From contig JAVJNR010000008.1 of assembly GCA_040217195.1 (NCBI GenBank), positions 540,198-604,197 on the forward strand: a DNA stretch of 64,000 nucleotides, in the 5' to 3' direction. The position numbers were made by a program, and so were the translations under genes. This stretch comes from Leptospiraceae bacterium (lineage in GTDB: Bacteria; Spirochaetota; Leptospiria; Leptospirales; Leptonemataceae). The notes under the pieces were generated by a model. That model saw only the letters and a program-made list of their open reading frames with translations, was not told where the DNA came from and did not search any database. Of the stretch, positions 19,731 through 28,683 are shown in pieces. Every line of letters starts with the position of its first letter. The first letter of the stretch is position 1.

Positions 19731-20666
19731 ATGAAAAACATGCTACAGCCTATGCTGCCGCATAAAGCCCTGAGGCACAATCTTTTCTATTACCCGGCGC
19801 TCCTGCTATTTCTGGTCTTTGAATTCTACTCCACTGCATTGAGTGCGCAGCAAGTCCAGCCCTGCAATCGCCCGCAAGGCAATGCATTATACAATGCAGG
19901 TCAATACCCCCTGGCATCCCTTTCCTTCTTTGAATCTCCCTTCGAAAAATCAACTGATTGTGCAGAACGGTACGCACTGGCACGTATGCGAGACGGTGAT
20001 TTTCGCAGGGCCAGGGATGCATTACGCAATCGCTTTGACAATTCTTCGTTGCTGCTTCGAATGTTTGCAGGCATACCACTGGGAGAGTACAACGATGTAC
20101 TCTTCGATCGAGACCAATTTCTGGCCGGGGATGCGCCGGATAAACAGAAGGATATAGCGCGACTGCTGGGACTTTCTGTTTATCTTGATGCCGGGGATTA
20201 CAGCCGAGCCAACCCTGGACTGGAAAGGCTTCAAAAAAGCACAAGCCATGAAGATTTAAGATTACTTATTGGCCAGGTTCGCACAGACCTTCTGGAATAC
20301 GAATCTCTGGACCGAAAGTCTCCCTGGATTGCGGGCGGACTGGCAACTCTCTTTCCGGGGGCCGGACATGTATACACAGAGCATTATACGGATGCGGCCC
20401 TTTCGCTCTTCTGGAATGGGGTATTTCTGGGCGGTGGAGCGTACCTGTACAATCTCGAGCGAAAAGCAGATGTGAGCCATGGAGGCTCCATTGTATTTGG
20501 TCTTGCAGGACTGATATTCTACGCTGCCAATATCACAGGAGCCATCAGTTCTGCACATAGGTACAACTATTTTCAGGAAAGAAGGCTTCAGCAAAAAATT
20601 CGGGAACGATATTTTAATCTTGATTTTATTGAGAAACAATCCGGGCTTACATTCACTGTTCAATAG
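19731..20666 (+). CDS. hypothetical exported/membrane protein (helical-repeat N-part, two C-terminal TM helices)
   Basis: ATG 19731 gives a signal-like LLLFLVFEFYSTALSAQQ. C-terminal hydrophobic segments WIAGGLATLFPGAGHVY and SIVFGLAGLIFYAANITGAI. No recognisable catalytic motif. Confidence 0.5.
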   Translation: MKNMLQPMLPHKALRHNLFYYPALLLFLVFEFYSTALSAQQVQPCNRPQGNALYNAGQYPLASLSFFESPFEKSTDCAERYALARMRDGDFRRARDALRNRFDNSSLLLRMFAGIPLGEYNDVLFDRDQFLAGDAPDKQKDIARLLGLSVYLDAGDYSRANPGLERLQKSTSHEDLRLLIGQVRTDLLEYESLDRKSPWIAGGLATLFPGAGHVYTEHYTDAALSLFWNGVFLGGGAYLYNLERKADVSHGGSIVFGLAGLIFYAANITGAISSAHRYNYFQERRLQQKIRERYFNLDFIEKQSGLTFTVQ

Positions 20667-20708
20667 TGGCAGTAGCTCCCGGCTGGAAGGACAAATTAAG
20701 GATATACT

Positions 20709-21380
20709 ATGGAAAAGGATCCAAGACAGATTATTTCAGAGATGTGCCAGAATTTCTATCGCCAGGGATGGGTTTCCGGCACAGGTGGAGGGATTTCCAT
20801 TCGCCGGGATGACAGGGTCTACATGGCTCCCAGCGGAGTAGAGAAGGAAAAGATACGTCCGGAAGATTGCTTTGTTGTAAATCTACAGGGCGAAGTTCTG
20901 GAAACGCCAGCCAACAATACCCTGAAGCTCACTGAATGCGCTCCTCTATTTCTTTCTGCATTTGAACTGCGAGATGCCGGCGCCGTCTTGCATTCCCATT
21001 CCTCCAATGTTGTTTTAATGACTATGCTGGCCAGACGCCTGGACGAAGAATTGTCTGTGCTGGAATTCACTCAATTGGAGATGATCAAAGGCATTATTGG
21101 GCACGGATACTTTGATACATTTGAGTTACCTGTAGTGGACAATACAGCTCATGAATGCGACCTGACCGCATCTATGCGAAAGGCCATAGAGCGTTTTCCA
21201 GATAGTCCAGCTGTGGCCGTACGCAATCACGGAATCTATGTTTGGGGACCCAATGAAGTAAAAGCAAAGACCCAGGCAGAATGCATCGATTTCATCTGCG
21301 AGGTTTACTGGAAGATGCGCTCCGCTGGAATAGAATCTCATATCTCAGCGCCTCCTCAAACAGCTGCGCTACAGTCATGA
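20709..21380 (+). CDS. mtnB: methylthioribulose-1-phosphate dehydratase (class II aldolase/adducin family)
   Basis: GWVSGTGGGISIR, YMAPSGVEKE, LHSHS and NHGIYVWG are typical of MtnB/APIP-type class II aldolase proteins. Confidence 0.7.
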   Translation: MEKDPRQIISEMCQNFYRQGWVSGTGGGISIRRDDRVYMAPSGVEKEKIRPEDCFVVNLQGEVLETPANNTLKLTECAPLFLSAFELRDAGAVLHSHSSNVVLMTMLARRLDEELSVLEFTQLEMIKGIIGHGYFDTFELPVVDNTAHECDLTASMRKAIERFPDSPAVAVRNHGIYVWGPNEVKAKTQAECIDFICEVYWKMRSAGIESHISAPPQTAALQS

Positions 21381-21420
21381 TCTACCGACATCGCCAGGCC
21401 CCCCTCTGGAACCTACTATA

Positions 21421-21918
21421 GTGTCAGTCAAAGAACCTGATTTTGTATTGGACATATTCCTCCGTCCGGGGGAGTTTTTCTGGGGCGATGCTACCACCAG
21501 GATTCGCACTATCCTGGGAAGCTGCGTGGCTATCTGTCTATGGCATCCGGAACTCTGCGTCGGAGGTATGAGCCACTCCATACTTCCCCGCCGAAAAACC
21601 CCGGAGCTACCGGAAAAAGGCCAGGAAGCTCGCTATGTTGACGATGCTATTGACCTATTCTTGAGAAACATCAGGAAATCCGGTACAAATCCGTCCGAAT
21701 TTCAGGTGAAGGTATTCGGAGGAGGAAGCTTCTTCGCCGGTGGAGAAAATGACCGTTCCGTTGGGTCCATGAACGTGGCTATTACCCGGGAACTACTTCA
21801 GGATCATGGATTTCGAATTCACAAAGAACACCTGGGCGGAATGGAAGGCCGCAATGTATTGTTTCATCTATGGAATGGAGAGGTCTGGATGAAGCGCATT
21901 GCCATAACAAATCGATGA
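21421..21918 (+). CDS. cheD: chemoreceptor glutamine deamidase CheD
   Basis: GTG start. LGSCVAICLWHPELCVGGMSHSILP is the CheD catalytic-Cys signature. Stop overlaps the cheB ATG (ATGA). Confidence 0.85.
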   Translation: MSVKEPDFVLDIFLRPGEFFWGDATTRIRTILGSCVAICLWHPELCVGGMSHSILPRRKTPELPEKGQEARYVDDAIDLFLRNIRKSGTNPSEFQVKVFGGGSFFAGGENDRSVGSMNVAITRELLQDHGFRIHKEHLGGMEGRNVLFHLWNGEVWMKRIAITNR

Positions 21919-23003
21919 TCAATGTAGCCATAGTAGATGATTCAGCGGTTGTCCAGGAGACATTCAAGCTGCTCCTGAGCCAGGACCCGGATATCCATGT
22001 ATTGCATACTGCAGCAGATCCTATTTTTGCGCTGCATAAGTTTAAAAAGCAATGGCCGGATGTAATTATCACAGACATCGAAATGCCACGCATGGATGGC
22101 ATAGCTTTTATTCGAGAAATTAAAAAAACTCACGATACTCCCATCATCATCTGTTCCTCGGTTACCGGTGAACTTCCCCGGAGCACCATCGCAGCTCTGG
22201 AAGCCGGAGCCATCGAAATCATCCCCAAACCTCAGCTTGCAGTAAAACAGTTCCTCCAGGATATTGAGCACAAGGTAATTCATTTAATCAAGGCCGCCGC
22301 CGCATCCCATCCTTCGGCCCCTCCTCCTGCTCGCGAAAGCTCAGGCACCGGGACGGTACATACCATTTCCAGGTCAGTCCCTTCATCCACTTCCAACTTT
22401 GAACAATTACTGGACGATCCCAGAAGTAAGATGCCCTGCCGGATGGTGGCCATCGGAGCGAGCACAGGTGGTGTTCAGGCTCTTGAAAGCATTATCACAG
22501 CGCTCAGGCCTCCATTGCCACCCATAGTCATTGTTCAGCATATGCCGGAAAAATTCACAGAAGCTTTTGCCCAGAGACTGGACCATATTTCCACCGTACA
22601 TGTTCGGGAGGCCAGGGATGGAGAGAATCTGAAAAATAGCACGGTGTACATCGCTCCGGGCAACTATCATCTGGAGGTGCGCCCGGATGCGGCTGGATTT
22701 GCCTGCAAGGTATCCCAGGGGGATCCAGTGAACCGTCACAGACCGTCGGTCGATGTTCTATTTCACTCCGTGGCCCAGCACGTGGGAAAGCTAAGCGCTG
22801 GAATACTGCTCACCGGGATGGGCGCTGACGGAGCCCAGGGACTACTTGAAATGAGACAGGCAGGGGCCAGAACCTGTTGCCAGGATGAAGCCAGTTCTGT
22901 AGTATTTGGAATGCCGTACGAAGGTATTCGCATTGGGGCTGCGCAGACAGTTATTTCGCTGGACAGAATGCCCCAGTACATTGCCTCCCTTGTACACAGG
23001 TAA
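21915..23003 (+). CDS. cheB: chemotaxis response regulator protein-glutamate methylesterase CheB
   Basis: Receiver domain (VAIVDDSAVV..ITDIEMPRMDG). Methylesterase domain (AIGASTGG, VIVQHMP, LLTGMGADG). Confidence 0.9.
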   Translation: MINVAIVDDSAVVQETFKLLLSQDPDIHVLHTAADPIFALHKFKKQWPDVIITDIEMPRMDGIAFIREIKKTHDTPIIICSSVTGELPRSTIAALEAGAIEIIPKPQLAVKQFLQDIEHKVIHLIKAAAASHPSAPPPARESSGTGTVHTISRSVPSSTSNFEQLLDDPRSKMPCRMVAIGASTGGVQALESIITALRPPLPPIVIVQHMPEKFTEAFAQRLDHISTVHVREARDGENLKNSTVYIAPGNYHLEVRPDAAGFACKVSQGDPVNRHRPSVDVLFHSVAQHVGKLSAGILLTGMGADGAQGLLEMRQAGARTCCQDEASSVVFGMPYEGIRIGAAQTVISLDRMPQYIASLVHR

Positions 23004-23192
23004 TACCCTACCCCCCGTTCCCTGACCGGTTCCTGTATATATTTGACTTTACTTAATACATATTAATTGGTAGCGGCCAGATTTTGCTTGCAAAATGAAT
23101 TCACCTGCCGCTAAATCAGTTGAGATTTTCGTCAGATAGAATGAGATTAGTCCCCCTGCACTGGCATATAGAGTTTTCAAAAAGGAAATATT

Positions 23193-23573
23193 ATGAGTAA
23201 AAAGATACTGATCATAGACGACTCTCAATCCATGCGTAGCTTCACCCGCATGGCCCTGGAGGGAGCCGGTTATGCCGTTGAAGAGGCTGTGGATGGCCAG
23301 GATGCCCTGGATAAACTGGAAAAGGAGAAGTTCGATACAATCCTTTCCGACCTAAACATGCCGAACGTTAACGGAATTCAGATGATTGAAAAAATCCGCG
23401 ATGACGATCGCTATGAAAGCGCCCGCTTCACACCGATAATCATGCTAACCACCGAATCAGAGGAAGAGAAGAAGCAACAGGGGCAAATGGCCGGGGCTCG
23501 TGCATGGCTGGTAAAGCCTTTTGCGCCGAGCCAGCTGGTCGCCGTAATGCAGAAAATTTGTCCCCTGGACTGA
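23193..23573 (+). CDS. cheY: chemotaxis response regulator CheY
   Basis: 126-aa single receiver domain (ILIIDDSQSMR, ILSDLNMPNVNG, WLVKPF). Confidence 0.9.
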   Translation: MSKKILIIDDSQSMRSFTRMALEGAGYAVEEAVDGQDALDKLEKEKFDTILSDLNMPNVNGIQMIEKIRDDDRYESARFTPIIMLTTESEEEKKQQGQMAGARAWLVKPFAPSQLVAVMQKICPLD

Positions 23574-23580
23574 GGCATAC

Positions 23581-23946
23581 ATGCTGCAGATTGAGCAAGA
23601 AAGTAATCAGGGAGTCATCCTTAAAGCCTCCGGTTCCTGGACCATCGATCAGGTGGCCGGAATCTGGAAGTTACTGACCCCTCATCTTCATGGTAACGTG
23701 GCTATCAATGCTGAAGGCGTTGAGCGGATGGATTCTGCCGGACTACAAATACTACTTATGGCCAAAAAGAATGCAAACGATGCCGGCAATGTATTCAAGA
23801 TTCTGAATCACTCGATTGCTGTTCTTAAGATTATGGATCTATCGGGAGTTCTGGGCTCTCTTCGAGACCAGATTCGGATTTCCGCTTCCGAGAAAGAGGC
23901 CCTGAAGCTAACTTATAGTCGAAAGCGATATAGCCTCTACGAGTAG
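23581..23946 (+). CDS. STAS-domain protein (anti-sigma-factor-antagonist-like) embedded in the che operon
   Basis: 121 aa. The MDSAGLQILL motif corresponds to the SpoIIAA-type DSSGL phospho-Ser loop. 7 nt after cheY and 3 nt before cheA. Confidence 0.7.
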   Translation: MLQIEQESNQGVILKASGSWTIDQVAGIWKLLTPHLHGNVAINAEGVERMDSAGLQILLMAKKNANDAGNVFKILNHSIAVLKIMDLSGVLGSLRDQIRISASEKEALKLTYSRKRYSLYE

Positions 23947-23949
23947 ATT

Positions 23950-26142
23950 ATGGATCTCAGCGAAATCCAGAAAGCCTTTGTAATTGAGATTCGAGATCTA
24001 CTGGATCGCGTGGAGGACAGTCTATTTCAGCTGGAGCAACAGACCACTCCCGGCGAGCTGGATGCACTCTTTCGTGCTCTCCATACAATTAAAGGAAACT
24101 CTGGAATCTTTCAGGCCAGGCATCTAGAGTCTTTTGCACACACAGTAGAAAGCCTGCTCGATAAATACAGAAGCGACCCATCACTATTCAATCCATCCGA
24201 CGTACCTTTACTACTTTCCTGTAGAGATCATATTGAATCTCTATCCACTGCAGAACTGGCTGAAGGGGCCACCGGTCAGATCCCGGACGAAGTGTTCCAA
24301 CAGGACAAAGAACTCAAGAGTCAGATTTCGCTTCGCCTGGAGGAGCTTTCCGGTCCACAGGACAATACGGAGAGTATGACATCGGAAGAACAGGCCGAAT
24401 TCGGTGTCTCTATCGGACCACCATTAAATCATCTTTCTGGAAGCTATCATATTTCCTTCCGACCTCCCGGGGATGCTATGAAGGCAGGCCTGGACCCTTT
24501 AAACTTCGTTCGATTTCTAAGAAACCTGGGTCAGATTCAATGCGTATTTACTGTACTGGATGGGTTGCCAACCTACAGCGACCTTGATCCGCAAATGGCA
24601 TACCTGGGATTCGAGATCTTACTGGAAAGCGAAGAGCCCCCGGCTGCCATAGAGGATGCCTTTGAGTTTATCAAGCAAAACGGAATTCTACGAATCCATA
24701 CGTCCGAAAGCACTGCTGCAGATTATAGACAGACTATAGAGACACTTCCAGAATCAGAAGAAAGGCTGATCAAAATCTGGAAGGAGATGCCTTTTGCATT
24801 GCCTCTGGAAAAACTTCAGGCAGGTTCCCAGGCCGCGCCTGGACCGGCCCAGGCCCCGGTAGAGCCAAAGATACAGTCTCAGACCGAAGTACCATCCTCG
24901 GCGAATACCGCCAGGCCAGCCTCTTCGGCCCCCGGTTCTAACTCTATAAACTCTACATCCGCTCAGGAAGCATCGCAGACCACGTCTGCCAGTGCCCACT
25001 CCACATTGCGTGTAGATGCCTCGCGTCTTGATGCATTGATCAACCTGGTGGGGGAGCTGGTCATTCAGTCCCAGAGCTTGAAACAAATATCCCGTGTATC
25101 CAAGGATGCTTCCCTGGGGGCATCAACCGACACTATGGAAAGGCTTATAGAGGATCTGCGCCAGCAGAGTATGAGTCTTAGAATGATAGAGATTGGTACT
25201 GTATTCCAGAAAATGCGTCGGGTAGTACACGATGCATCCATCGATCTAAAGAAAAAGATTCAGCTAAAATTGCAGGGCGAAGAGACGGAGCTGGATCGCG
25301 GAGTGATTGAACGAATACAGGATCCTCTGATACACCTGGTAAGAAACTCCATCGACCATGGCCTGGAAACTCCTGAAGAAAGAACCCAGGCTGGAAAATC
25401 TGAGACAGGAACCATTGAGCTGCGAGCCTTTCAGGACATGGGCCATGTTGTGGTAGAAATCGAAGACGATGGACAGGGAGTGAGCACTGATGCAGTTAAG
25501 AGAAGAGCCATCGAAAAAGGGATCATGACCCAGGACCAGGAAGTGGATCCAGAGGCACTTCATCAATGGATTTTCCATCCTGGATTTTCCACCAAAGAAA
25601 CAGTGAATCAGTATTCTGGTCGCGGCGTGGGCCTGGATGTTGTGAAGCAGGATATTGAAGCCCTGGGCGGTTCAGTTCAATTGAGAAGCGTTGAGGGTCA
25701 GGGAACAAGAATTACATTAAGACTGCCCCTTACCCTGGCCATCATTGATGGATTCCTGATTCGGGCGGCTGGTGTACACTTCGTAGTTCCTCTGGATATG
25801 GTATTTGAATGTACGGAGCTTTCGGCACATAAACGAACCGGAAATGCAGGCAATTATATAAATCTACGGGGCGATGTGGTTCCCTGTGTAAATCTTCCAG
25901 AAGCGTTTCAGATGCAATCGCCGGGAGCAAATGATCTGATTGTACTCCAGCAGGGAGACAATCGAGTGGGCCTGGTGGTGGATGAGCTTCTGGGAGAATA
26001 CCAGACAGTGGTAAGAAAAGGCGGCAAGGTTCTCAGTAACCTTCCTGGAGTGAGCGGCGTTACGATCCTTGGAACAGGGCAGATTGCCTATATCCTGGAT
26101 GTGAGCTCATTTTTCGGGGATAGAGAAGCCAGAGCCAGTTAA
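23950..26142 (+). CDS. cheA: chemotaxis histidine kinase CheA
   Basis: Hpt box ALHTIKGNSG, a long low-complexity linker, HATPase motifs (HLVRNSIDHG, DDGQGV, GRGVGLDVV) and a C-terminal CheW-like domain. Confidence 0.9.
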   Translation: MDLSEIQKAFVIEIRDLLDRVEDSLFQLEQQTTPGELDALFRALHTIKGNSGIFQARHLESFAHTVESLLDKYRSDPSLFNPSDVPLLLSCRDHIESLSTAELAEGATGQIPDEVFQQDKELKSQISLRLEELSGPQDNTESMTSEEQAEFGVSIGPPLNHLSGSYHISFRPPGDAMKAGLDPLNFVRFLRNLGQIQCVFTVLDGLPTYSDLDPQMAYLGFEILLESEEPPAAIEDAFEFIKQNGILRIHTSESTAADYRQTIETLPESEERLIKIWKEMPFALPLEKLQAGSQAAPGPAQAPVEPKIQSQTEVPSSANTARPASSAPGSNSINSTSAQEASQTTSASAHSTLRVDASRLDALINLVGELVIQSQSLKQISRVSKDASLGASTDTMERLIEDLRQQSMSLRMIEIGTVFQKMRRVVHDASIDLKKKIQLKLQGEETELDRGVIERIQDPLIHLVRNSIDHGLETPEERTQAGKSETGTIELRAFQDMGHVVVEIEDDGQGVSTDAVKRRAIEKGIMTQDQEVDPEALHQWIFHPGFSTKETVNQYSGRGVGLDVVKQDIEALGGSVQLRSVEGQGTRITLRLPLTLAIIDGFLIRAAGVHFVVPLDMVFECTELSAHKRTGNAGNYINLRGDVVPCVNLPEAFQMQSPGANDLIVLQQGDNRVGLVVDELLGEYQTVVRKGGKVLSNLPGVSGVTILGTGQIAYILDVSSFFGDREARAS

Positions 26143-26240
26143 TGCGCCGTACGGATATTGTACCATCCGGCGGCCAGATTAGTGGAATGATCATATTTCG
26201 GATACCGGGTCAGAATTAATCCTGGATTTCCGATTGGAGA

Positions 26241-27914
26241 ATGAAAATGTTAAAGAATCTATCGGTGAAAGCAAAACTTGGAGTGCTGTTAACGTTACTG
26301 AGCACACTATTATTGGTCATCGGCTCACTGGGGCTGTATGGAATGAACGACGTAGTGACCAGTCTTCGCAGTGTCTACAATGATCGTACAATACCCCTCG
26401 AAAAACTGGCAAAAATTCGCGCCCTTCTACTATTAAACCGAGTTGCCATTACTGCAGCCGTAACATCGGAAGACGAAGCCTTCATTAGAGAAGAAATCGC
26501 ACAGGTGGAAAGCAACCTGAAGGCCATCGATGAGGAATGGTCTGAATACATGCGAACCAACCATACCGATGAAGAAGACCGACTGGCCCAGAAGTGGGAG
26601 ACGGACTATGCGAAGCTTCGAGATGATGGTATGGAAGTAGCAATAGCCCAGTTAAAGACGGGAAACCAGGAAGGAGCCAACAATACAATCGCCACCAGGA
26701 TCAGGCCACTCTATGAACCTGTGGGCAAAGATATGGATGATCTGGTGGAGCTTCAAGACCGGTTAGCAGCCGAATTATTCCATGCAGGTGAGGCCGAGTA
26801 CAATGTAATTTTGATTATCACCGTAAGCGCAATCGTGATTGGCGTGTTGTTCGCCATTATTCTGGGAGCTCTGATTATTCGAAGTATTACCAATCCGTTG
26901 GCCAGAGCAGTGGACCTGGCCAATCGCCTGGCCGAGGGAGATCTCACTCATCAAGTAACCGTAGATTCTAAAGATGAAATCGGTAATCTGATGGAAGCTC
27001 TGCGCAACATGGTGATCAAGCTATCTGCTATTATTTCAGAAGTTCGCCAGAATGCAGGAATCTTGAATCAGGTTTCGCAGCAGGTAAACTCCTCGGCTCA
27101 GTCCATGAGCCAGAATTCCTCCGAACTTGCAGCCAACGTAGAAGAAAGCTCCTCCACGATGGAAGAGATGGTATCTAGCATAGTACAGAATACCGAGAAT
27201 GCAGGACTTACGGAAAAGATTGCGCAGGAATCCGCCGGTGCAGCCAAAGAAGGTAGCGCCGCCGTGCGACGAACCATCGATGCAATGCAACAGATCGCAG
27301 ACAAGATTAACGTAGTACAGGAAATCGCCTACCAGACCAACCTGCTGGCACTGAATGCAGCCATTGAAGCAGCCCGAGCCGGCGAGCATGGCCAGGGATT
27401 TGCAGTTGTGGCCACTGAAGTGCGAAAGCTGGCCGAACGAAGTAGAGGATCGGCTCAGGAAATCAGCGAAATCGCAGCCAATTCAGTCGATGTGGCAGCA
27501 AAAGCAGGAACTTTGATCGAAGATATGCAACCAAGCATCCAGAAAACGGCGGATCTAGTCGTTGAAATCTCTGCATCATCGCGACAGCAGAAAGATGGTG
27601 CAGAACAGATCAATACAGGAATTCAACAGATGAGCCAGGTATCTCAGCAAAGTGCCTCCTCGGCTGAAGAACTGGCAGCCACTGCCGAAGAATTGTCCGG
27701 TCAGGCTGATTCTTTACTTGATAACCTGTCTTTCTTTAAAGTAGATGAAAGCAAGTCCGGCCAGAAGAAGCGTGGTGGCTATCAATCGGCCTCTACTGGC
27801 CTGGGAGCCGCCCAACCGACAAATGGCCGATCCAACGAACCTGCGAGAGCGGCGCAGCCCAGAAAACAGGATTCGGAAAGCTCTGGCAATCAGGCTGATT
27901 TTGAGAAATTCTAA
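26241..27914 (+). CDS. methyl-accepting chemotaxis protein (four-helix-bundle sensor, HAMP, MA domain, C-terminal tether)
   Basis: Two TM helices flank a ~170-aa periplasmic region. HAMP ([18 protein letters not shown]). Hairpin core [37 protein letters not shown]. Ends in ..DFEKF. Confidence 0.9.
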   Translation: MKMLKNLSVKAKLGVLLTLLSTLLLVIGSLGLYGMNDVVTSLRSVYNDRTIPLEKLAKIRALLLLNRVAITAAVTSEDEAFIREEIAQVESNLKAIDEEWSEYMRTNHTDEEDRLAQKWETDYAKLRDDGMEVAIAQLKTGNQEGANNTIATRIRPLYEPVGKDMDDLVELQDRLAAELFHAGEAEYNVILIITVSAIVIGVLFAIILGALIIRSITNPLARAVDLANRLAEGDLTHQVTVDSKDEIGNLMEALRNMVIKLSAIISEVRQNAGILNQVSQQVNSSAQSMSQNSSELAANVEESSSTMEEMVSSIVQNTENAGLTEKIAQESAGAAKEGSAAVRRTIDAMQQIADKINVVQEIAYQTNLLALNAAIEAARAGEHGQGFAVVATEVRKLAERSRGSAQEISEIAANSVDVAAKAGTLIEDMQPSIQKTADLVVEISASSRQQKDGAEQINTGIQQMSQVSQQSASSAEELAATAEELSGQADSLLDNLSFFKVDESKSGQKKRGGYQSASTGLGAAQPTNGRSNEPARAAQPRKQDSESSGNQADFEKF

Positions 27915-27917
27915 ACC

Positions 27918-28493
27918 ATGGCTGAAGATAGACAAATACTTTCGTTTAATTGTGGAGACCAGGTCTTTGGCCTGGAAATCTCATTCCTTCGAGAGATCAT
28001 CGAAAACCAGACTTTGACTCAGATACCTCTGATGCCCGAGCATATTCGAGGTGTCTTAAATCTACGTGGTAACGTGGTGCCCGTTATCGATCTGAAGGCC
28101 AGATTGTGGGGCATGACCACCAGGGTAAGCAAGCTCAGTTGCATTCTGGTTGTGGAATTTCATGGAAAGGCTACGGAAACCCTGGGCCTTCTTGTGGATT
28201 CAGTCAATGAGGTGATCCGCGTACCCGCGGAGAATGTGGAGCATACTCCTGAGCTGGGGGCACGCATCCGAACTGACTTTATGGACGGAATTGCGAAGGT
28301 AAACGATGAATTCATCATCCTGCTTAGAGCGGACATGGTTCTGAATCTGGATGAGCTGGCTCAAGTTCATGAAACACTGAAACTAACAGGCAAAGATCTC
28401 ACCGAGGAACTTCCCCCATTGGACGATACACTACCGGAAACTGAATCCGCTGGTTCTAAAACAGATCGTCCGGCCTCCTCTCAGTCCACGTAA
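27918..28493 (+). CDS. cheW: chemotaxis coupling protein CheW
   Basis: CheW-like domain (FGLEISFLREIIE, IRGVLNLRGNVVPVIDL) plus an acidic C-terminal tail. Confidence 0.85.
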   Translation: MAEDRQILSFNCGDQVFGLEISFLREIIENQTLTQIPLMPEHIRGVLNLRGNVVPVIDLKARLWGMTTRVSKLSCILVVEFHGKATETLGLLVDSVNEVIRVPAENVEHTPELGARIRTDFMDGIAKVNDEFIILLRADMVLNLDELAQVHETLKLTGKDLTEELPPLDDTLPETESAGSKTDRPASSQST

Positions 28494-28683
28494 GCTTATC
28501 CTGCCTGTGTCAGCGGAGTATCCGGTGGCTTTTTACTCGACCTATTGGCACAGGCCAATACATTGTCCCCGTTCCACGGTATAGAAATTTCAATTCAGGG
28601 ACCGACCGCTCCCGCACTCACAGCCATCTGGCCGGACCCAACAATGTACCGCAGTGGAGCCCAGTTCAAACCAGGAAGGCACA

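Noticed and set aside
23075-23114. Sigma-54-like GGCCAG-N-TTGC and sigma-28-like GCCGCTAA upstream of cheY.
   Set aside because: The GG-to-GC spacing is one nt short of the -24/-12 consensus. No TAAA lies at the correct -35 distance from the GCCGATAA-like box. These are not callable promoters from sequence alone.
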